The notes beneath the pieces were generated by a model. The model did no database searches and had not been told where the DNA came from. It saw only the letters and a program-made list of their open reading frames with translations. From a virus: DNA of 64,000 nucleotides. Position numbers and translations under genes: made by a program. Shown one piece after another: positions 59,091 to 64,000 of the stretch. Location of the stretch: positions 25,960 through 89,959 of the IMG/VR virus record IMGVR_UViG_3300042882_000327. One strand, 5' to 3'. Position 1 is the first letter of the stretch; every line of letters begins with the position of its first letter.

Positions 59091-59597
59091 TTAAAAACTA
59101 CCGCCATCGTTATTATCGGATACTATATTAGTCTGGATGACTTTTGTCTTTGTCGAATCAAATTTTCTTTTTTGTGCTGGAGTCATTTGCAAGTATTTTA
59201 TAGTTTCTTCCAAATCTTTTAGTTTATTTTCGTATCCTGTTTTAATATTATTAATTTCTATATCTCTTTTTTGTATTTCGTTTCTTGCAGCAATTAATTC
59301 ATTTCTGAAAGTTTCTATATGTGATGCTTCGTTTTTTGCAGAATCTCTTTCTGACTTCAGTCTTCCTATTTCGTCTTCTTTTTCTCTGATCGCACTATCT
59401 TTTGTTTGTACATTGTTTTCTATATTTTTATATTCTTCTATTTTATCATTCAGATGAGTAATTGTATTTTGTAGAGATTCAAAATCTTCTGCAGAAACTT
59501 TTGCTTGTGCTTGAAATACAATATTTTTACCCAATGCTTCGTGAAGAGTAGAGGTTAATATTTCAACATAGTGATTGAAAAATCTTTCATTATTCAT
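59091..59597 (-). CDS. coiled-coil hypothetical protein
   Basis: Heptad-rich; ends DGGSF like neighbours (DGGNF, DAGTF). Confidence 0.6.
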   Translation of the reverse strand: MNNERFFNHYVEILTSTLHEALGKNIVFQAQAKVSAEDFESLQNTITHLNDKIEEYKNIENNVQTKDSAIREKEDEIGRLKSERDSAKNEASHIETFRNELIAARNEIQKRDIEINNIKTGYENKLKDLEETIKYLQMTPAQKRKFDSTKTKVIQTNIVSDNNDGGSF

Positions 59598-59614
59598 TAT
59601 ATACTCCTAAATAT

Positions 59615-59647
59615 AAAAAAGCGTAGAGAATAAGATCCTCTACGCTT
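59615..59647 (-). terminator. intrinsic terminator
   Basis: AAGCGUAGAG/CUCUACGCUU stem followed by U-run. Confidence 0.75.
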
Positions 59648-59648
59648 G

Positions 59649-59656
59649 TATTTATA
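59649..59656 (-). promoter_or_regulatory. T4-type late promoter abutting terminator
   Basis: TATAAATA. Confidence 0.7.
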
Positions 59657-59670
59657 ACATTTAAATTATA

Positions 59671-61185
59671 TTAGAAATTTCCGCCGTCAAGACCACCGAA
59701 ATGGACCCCAGCAGTTGTAGCATATTGCAAAACATATCCATCGGATGGAGTATTAGTAGAAGACATTAAATTCCCGCTACCAGAATAATAGGTAACAGAA
59801 TTAGTGTTCGCTGTGGTAAATCCTAAACCACCACCTCTTAAATCTAATGTTCCAAAAGTTGGAGCAGAAGATCCTCCAGAAATTACTGCTTGTCCAGAAG
59901 TTCCTGGGGTATTGAATAGATAAGAAGTTCCATTACCATAAGCGATAGCACCAGCAGTTGGAGTTGCTATGGAATTAGTACCGCCATTTAGAATCCCTAG
60001 AACTCCATCAATATGAGTAGTTAATCCAACTTTTCCATAAGAAGGAGTTGTACCAGAAATTAAGACATTTCCTTGGGATACTGCGGCTAGTCTTGTTAGT
60101 GAGTTGGTATTGTTAGCATATAAAATATCACCAGTAGCAACTTGACGCAATCCAGTTCCACCATCGGTTACACTAATTGCGGCTGTGAGATTTGAAACTC
60201 TCCCTTGTTCTATATTGGATACTAATGTTGCAGTTGTAAATCCATTTGAAGATGGACTTATTTCGTTATTTGCCGAAAGTTCGTCGGTAACTCCGGTAAA
60301 CAGATAATATGTATTTGATTGTGGTACTCTAAATAAACCAGTATGTAACTCGTTAGTACCGTCAAAATAATTACCAGCAAAACCGATAGCAACAATATCA
60401 GAATAGTAATTATTAGCAGCCAAATAAATTAATGGATCTGTAACTGAATAATGTTCTATATCGATATAAGATGTATTACCCGTAAATGAAGTATTACCAG
60501 AAACATTAAGATTACCAATTATGGTAAAATTACCAGTTTTTGATTGATCTCCTGTTGTACGAAGTACAGTTGCATCAACCGCAAATGAAGCAGTATTGTC
60601 GGTCACTACCGATGTAATGCCATCTCCACCGACAAAAGTTAAAGTGTCGTTTAATAGAGAAACGCTATCCGAACCAGAATCTCCAGCAATACTTAATGCT
60701 GTGGATACTGCAACATTCGATGCTGCAGTAACTAGACCTTTGGAGTTTACAGTAAATACCGGAATGTTTGTAACACCACCCCATGTTCCTATATTAGAAT
60801 TTACATCCTTTAATGTTACTGTAGTATTGGCGTTAGCAGAACCGTCTATAGTAGATTGTCCAGAAACATCTCCGTCTAAACCAAATGTTCTTGAAGTTTG
60901 CCATTTGGAAGCAGTATTTGCATTTCCATATAAGTCTGCAGTTACTGCAGAGGCAGAAAAATCGCCAGAAGAATTGCGTTTTACTAATGTTCCAGATATA
61001 TTTGATGCTGTAGCAGCATCTATAATCTGATTATATGTGTTGCCGCCGATAGCAACAGCATTTCCTAGAATATCTCCTAGAAAAAGTTTACCAGATTGAA
61101 ATGAATAGGCTAATTCGCCATATTGCAAGGATGTTGGTAACGCGGTACTCTGCGAACGTTTTATTTGAATAATTGTATTTGCCAT
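59671..61185 (-). CDS. virion structural / fibre-like protein
   Basis: IIQIKRS...LQYGELAYS N-terminus; GGTG repeats. Confidence 0.65.
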   Translation of the reverse strand: MANTIIQIKRSQSTALPTSLQYGELAYSFQSGKLFLGDILGNAVAIGGNTYNQIIDAATASNISGTLVKRNSSGDFSASAVTADLYGNANTASKWQTSRTFGLDGDVSGQSTIDGSANANTTVTLKDVNSNIGTWGGVTNIPVFTVNSKGLVTAASNVAVSTALSIAGDSGSDSVSLLNDTLTFVGGDGITSVVTDNTASFAVDATVLRTTGDQSKTGNFTIIGNLNVSGNTSFTGNTSYIDIEHYSVTDPLIYLAANNYYSDIVAIGFAGNYFDGTNELHTGLFRVPQSNTYYLFTGVTDELSANNEISPSSNGFTTATLVSNIEQGRVSNLTAAISVTDGGTGLRQVATGDILYANNTNSLTRLAAVSQGNVLISGTTPSYGKVGLTTHIDGVLGILNGGTNSIATPTAGAIAYGNGTSYLFNTPGTSGQAVISGGSSAPTFGTLDLRGGGLGFTTANTNSVTYYSGSGNLMSSTNTPSDGYVLQYATTAGVHFGGLDGGNF

Positions 61186-61186
61186 A

Positions 61187-61474
61187 TTAGAATGTTCCTG
61201 CGTCTATATTATCTAAATCTATTTGGTCAGAGGATATTTTTTTGGATTCGTATTTTTCGGAAACAGCATTATAAATCAAAACATCTTCGTCTTGTGGGCT
61301 TAATGCCGAAACATCTTCAAGATTTTTTAATCTTTTGGTCCCAAAACCAATAGATTTAACTTTGTAATCTTGTTGTGTATCTACTTTTACATTGATATTA
61401 GAATCATAAGATATATTTCTAATTCTAGCAGAACTAATATCATTAATTTTTACTGATACTGCTCTTAAAGACAT
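61187..61474 (-). CDS. hypothetical virion protein
   Basis: LEDVS...VLIYNA...IDAGTF. Confidence 0.55.
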   Translation of the reverse strand: MSLRAVSVKINDISSARIRNISYDSNINVKVDTQQDYKVKSIGFGTKRLKNLEDVSALSPQDEDVLIYNAVSEKYESKKISSDQIDLDNIDAGTF

Positions 61475-61513
61475 TTTTAATCCCCGGTTAGTATATATCT
61501 TATTTATGTAATT

Positions 61514-61855
61514 TTAAATTTTAGTTGCACTAGGTTCAACAAAAAGAATTCCTTCTAAAACTTTTGACCTTGCATTTGTTACAGTATCCGTTAGAAATAT
61601 ATCATAAACATATTTACCAGATGTTAACCTTTGAGTTGTATTGGCTGACAAATATAATCCTATGGTTCCATCAGTATCATCAATAGAAGTGATAAAAGAT
61701 GCTGAAGTATTTGAAGACCAATATGATTTTTTTATGTCGCTTTTTGCTGTATAATTTGATAAATCATATGCAGATCCGTTGATTTGGTCTAGAGAAACAT
61801 TTGCTGAAAATGTTTCTCCCTGTTCTAAGAAAAGTTCCAAGTATCCTGCCGACAT
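61514..61855 (-). CDS. conserved virion protein
   Basis: LEQGETF, YDLSNY, GKYVYDI, KVLEGI. Confidence 0.6.
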   Translation of the reverse strand: MSAGYLELFLEQGETFSANVSLDQINGSAYDLSNYTAKSDIKKSYWSSNTSASFITSIDDTDGTIGLYLSANTTQRLTSGKYVYDIFLTDTVTNARSKVLEGILFVEPSATKI

Positions 61856-61856
61856 T

Positions 61857-64000
61857 TTAATTTCCTATTTTAGATTTTAATTCGTCTATTTGTTTTTGTT
61901 GATCTTTAATTGCTTCGATTAAATATCCAACCAAGTTTCCATAAGCAACGGATAATGTTCCTGTAGCATCTTCTAGTACTACTTCTGGAACGATTTTTTG
62001 GATTTCTTGTGCAATTACACCAGTTCCTGCTTCTTTGGTATCTTTCTTGACGAAATTTACACCCCTCATTTGTTTTACGGAATCTAATGCATTTGGAATA
62101 GTCTCAATATTTTCTTTTAGATTTTCATCAGAATATGCTGTTACGTTTCCTGTTGCAGTAACATTTCCAGAATTATCACATTGGAATGCCCAAGCAGAAG
62201 CACTAGTTAAAAATCCTATTATATTAGAATTTGTGTGAAGATATCTAGTAACATTATCTGTGTCTACCATATTAATGGTTGGAGATGTGCTACTAATATT
62301 CAATGCACCAAATGTTGGGGTAGCTGTTGTTGTTATATTCTGTGGAAGAGAAAGTGTAACTGCTCCAGTGGAAGCAGAGGCAGTTATTTGACTAGCAGTT
62401 CCAGTTATTGAAGTAACCCCAGTATTTGTTATTGTAGGATTTCCAGCAACACCATCACCATTAGTAACACTAATTCCTGTTGATGCGGCAATACTTCTTG
62501 CCGCAATGGTGTCAGCAGCAGTTCTAGTAACCAATCCATTTGATGCTAGATTATGGAATGCTAGTGCTTGTCCAGTTAATCCAATAGTCCATGATCTATC
62601 AGCAGCTAAGTTTTGTGCAGATCCTCCAGTAATTCCTGTACCATTTGTTATTGTTAATGATCTAGATGTATAAACACCATTAGTAACCGCACCAGCAGTT
62701 AAACTAGATGCAGTTCCTGATAAACCAGTACCAGCACCATAGAATGTTGTGGCATATAAATTACCATCGTAATTTAATCTAGTAGTATTTGTTGGTGCAG
62801 TCGAACCGCCGTCAAATTGACCTATTGTTTTTGTAGTTCCATTATATTCAACAAAAGAAGCTGATGTTGAACCCGCACTTACACCCCTATCTCCGGGAAT
62901 TGTTCCGGAAGATAAATTTGTTGCATTTAGGTTTGTTAGTCCGGAACCATCTGCAGTTAGAACTCCAGTACCAGAAAGAGTCATTACTGCCGTGGTATTA
63001 GCATACCATTTAAATGCATTTGATGATAGAGGAACAGAATTCCATAAAGTACTATTTTCAATTCCTATAGCATAATCTACTGCCGAAGCTGAAACCGATG
63101 GATATAATACTAATTTAGTTCCTGTACTTCTTGTTGTAGTAGAAGGAGGATTTACTCCATTTGTATTCCAGTCTATTCTGTTTCCTGTAGAAGAATTTAA
63201 ACTAATATTTCCGCCACCAGTAGTAGCATCCCAAACATCGGTAGAAACTATTTGACCCGAAGTGGTAACACTTGTCAATGTTCCAACAGAAGTTAAAGAT
63301 GAAGTAGTAACACTAGAACCCAGTACAGATGTGGATAATACTGATGTTCCCCCAATTCTATATGACGATCCGGAAGGAGATAAATTGAAATCCACGGAAC
63401 TTGTCCATGAATTGCTGGATGAAATCCAATTTAGTAGTTTGTCTCCGAAAACCCCGGCTTTTAGTCTAATTCCTCCACCATCTGCAGTGGTGTTTGTGGG
63501 GGAATCTACAGATCCCAATTCTATTTCTTTATCATCTACGGATAATGTTGTGGAATTTATTGTTGTTGTGGTTCCATTTATAGAGAGATCTCCTGTTATA
63601 ATAACATTTCCGGAAATCGTTCCCCCAGTCTTATCATATTTGTTTGATATCAAATAAGAATTTGCTGCGTCTGTATATGCTCTAGCCGATGCTAATGTTA
63701 TAGCATCATTGGCATAAGAAGCTACTAATGTAGAGTGGTCATTTGCTCTGGCCGATGCTAGTGTTACCGAGTCATTAGCATAAGAAGCTACTAATGTAGA
63801 GTGGTCATTTGCTCTAGCCGATGCTAATGTTACCGAGTCATTAGCATAAGAAGCTACCAATGTAGAGTAGTCGTTTGCTTTAGCCGATGCTAATGTTACC
63901 GAGTCATTAGCATAAGAAGCTACTAATGTAGAGTGGTCATTTGCTCTAGCCGATGCTAGTGTTACCGAGTCATTAGCATAAGAAGCTACCAATGTAGAGT
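61857..64000 (-). CDS. tail fibre with C-terminal S74 chaperone, 5' end truncated
   Basis: YSDENLKENI...RGVNF...GVIAQE...VAYGNL; shares modules with 51500-57151. Confidence 0.85.
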   Translation of the reverse strand, partial: STLVASYANDSVTLASARANDHSTLVASYANDSVTLASAKANDYSTLVASYANDSVTLASARANDHSTLVASYANDSVTLASARANDHSTLVASYANDAITLASARAYTDAANSYLISNKYDKTGGTISGNVIITGDLSINGTTTTINSTTLSVDDKEIELGSVDSPTNTTADGGGIRLKAGVFGDKLLNWISSSNSWTSSVDFNLSPSGSSYRIGGTSVLSTSVLGSSVTTSSLTSVGTLTSVTTSGQIVSTDVWDATTGGGNISLNSSTGNRIDWNTNGVNPPSTTTRSTGTKLVLYPSVSASAVDYAIGIENSTLWNSVPLSSNAFKWYANTTAVMTLSGTGVLTADGSGLTNLNATNLSSGTIPGDRGVSAGSTSASFVEYNGTTKTIGQFDGGSTAPTNTTRLNYDGNLYATTFYGAGTGLSGTASSLTAGAVTNGVYTSRSLTITNGTGITGGSAQNLAADRSWTIGLTGQALAFHNLASNGLVTRTAADTIAARSIAASTGISVTNGDGVAGNPTITNTGVTSITGTASQITASASTGAVTLSLPQNITTTATPTFGALNISSTSPTINMVDTDNVTRYLHTNSNIIGFLTSASAWAFQCDNSGNVTATGNVTAYSDENLKENIETIPNALDSVKQMRGVNFVKKDTKEAGTGVIAQEIQKIVPEVVLEDATGTLSVAYGNLVGYLIEAIKDQQKQIDELKSKIGN
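63681..64000 (-). repeat. 66-bp coding tandem repeat (22 aa)
   Basis: TCATT anchor recurs at 63706, 63772, 63838, 63904, 63970; unit ANDSVTLASARANDHSTLVASY. Confidence 0.9.

Noticed and set aside
63681-64000. Regular repeats resembling a CRISPR array
   Set aside because: Contiguous 66-bp in-frame coding units with no unique spacers and no cas genes
1-64000. tRNA, rRNA or group I intron sequences
   Set aside because: No cloverleaf or intron core recognised by eye; gp43, gp41, gp17 and gp23 are uninterrupted

Overview
A 64-kb, AT-rich segment of a large T4-like myophage genome, with essentially all genes on the minus strand. In transcription order (right to left) it carries: tail-fibre and virion proteins with two adhesin-like cassettes; neck, tail and head genes gp13-gp23 and gp3, with a GIY-YIG homing endonuclease between gp13 and gp14; uvsY, uvsW, gp55, a full-length FtsH, gp47/gp46, peptide deformylase and DNA ligase; the replisome (gp45, DsbA-like, gp44, gp62, RegA, Hsp20, gp43, UvsX, gp41); and a nucleotide-sugar/glycosyltransferase cluster running off the left edge. 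Most notable observations: (1) a ~310-nt ORF-free, highly base-paired, pseudoknotted RNA candidate between the terminase and tail-sheath genes, with its own late promoter on the opposite strand; (2) prohead-core (gp67-like) anchors fused to cargo, one a polyprotein punctuated by repeated NESLEE putative gp21 cleavage linkers and one carrying a HicA-like domain; (3) UvsX split into two genes by a split intein, with a homing-endonuclease relic between the halves; (4) a ROSE-like RNA thermometer on hsp20; (5) a probable branched 3,6-dideoxysugar pathway. All calls come from motif recognition and synteny by eye; no database searches or folding programs were run.
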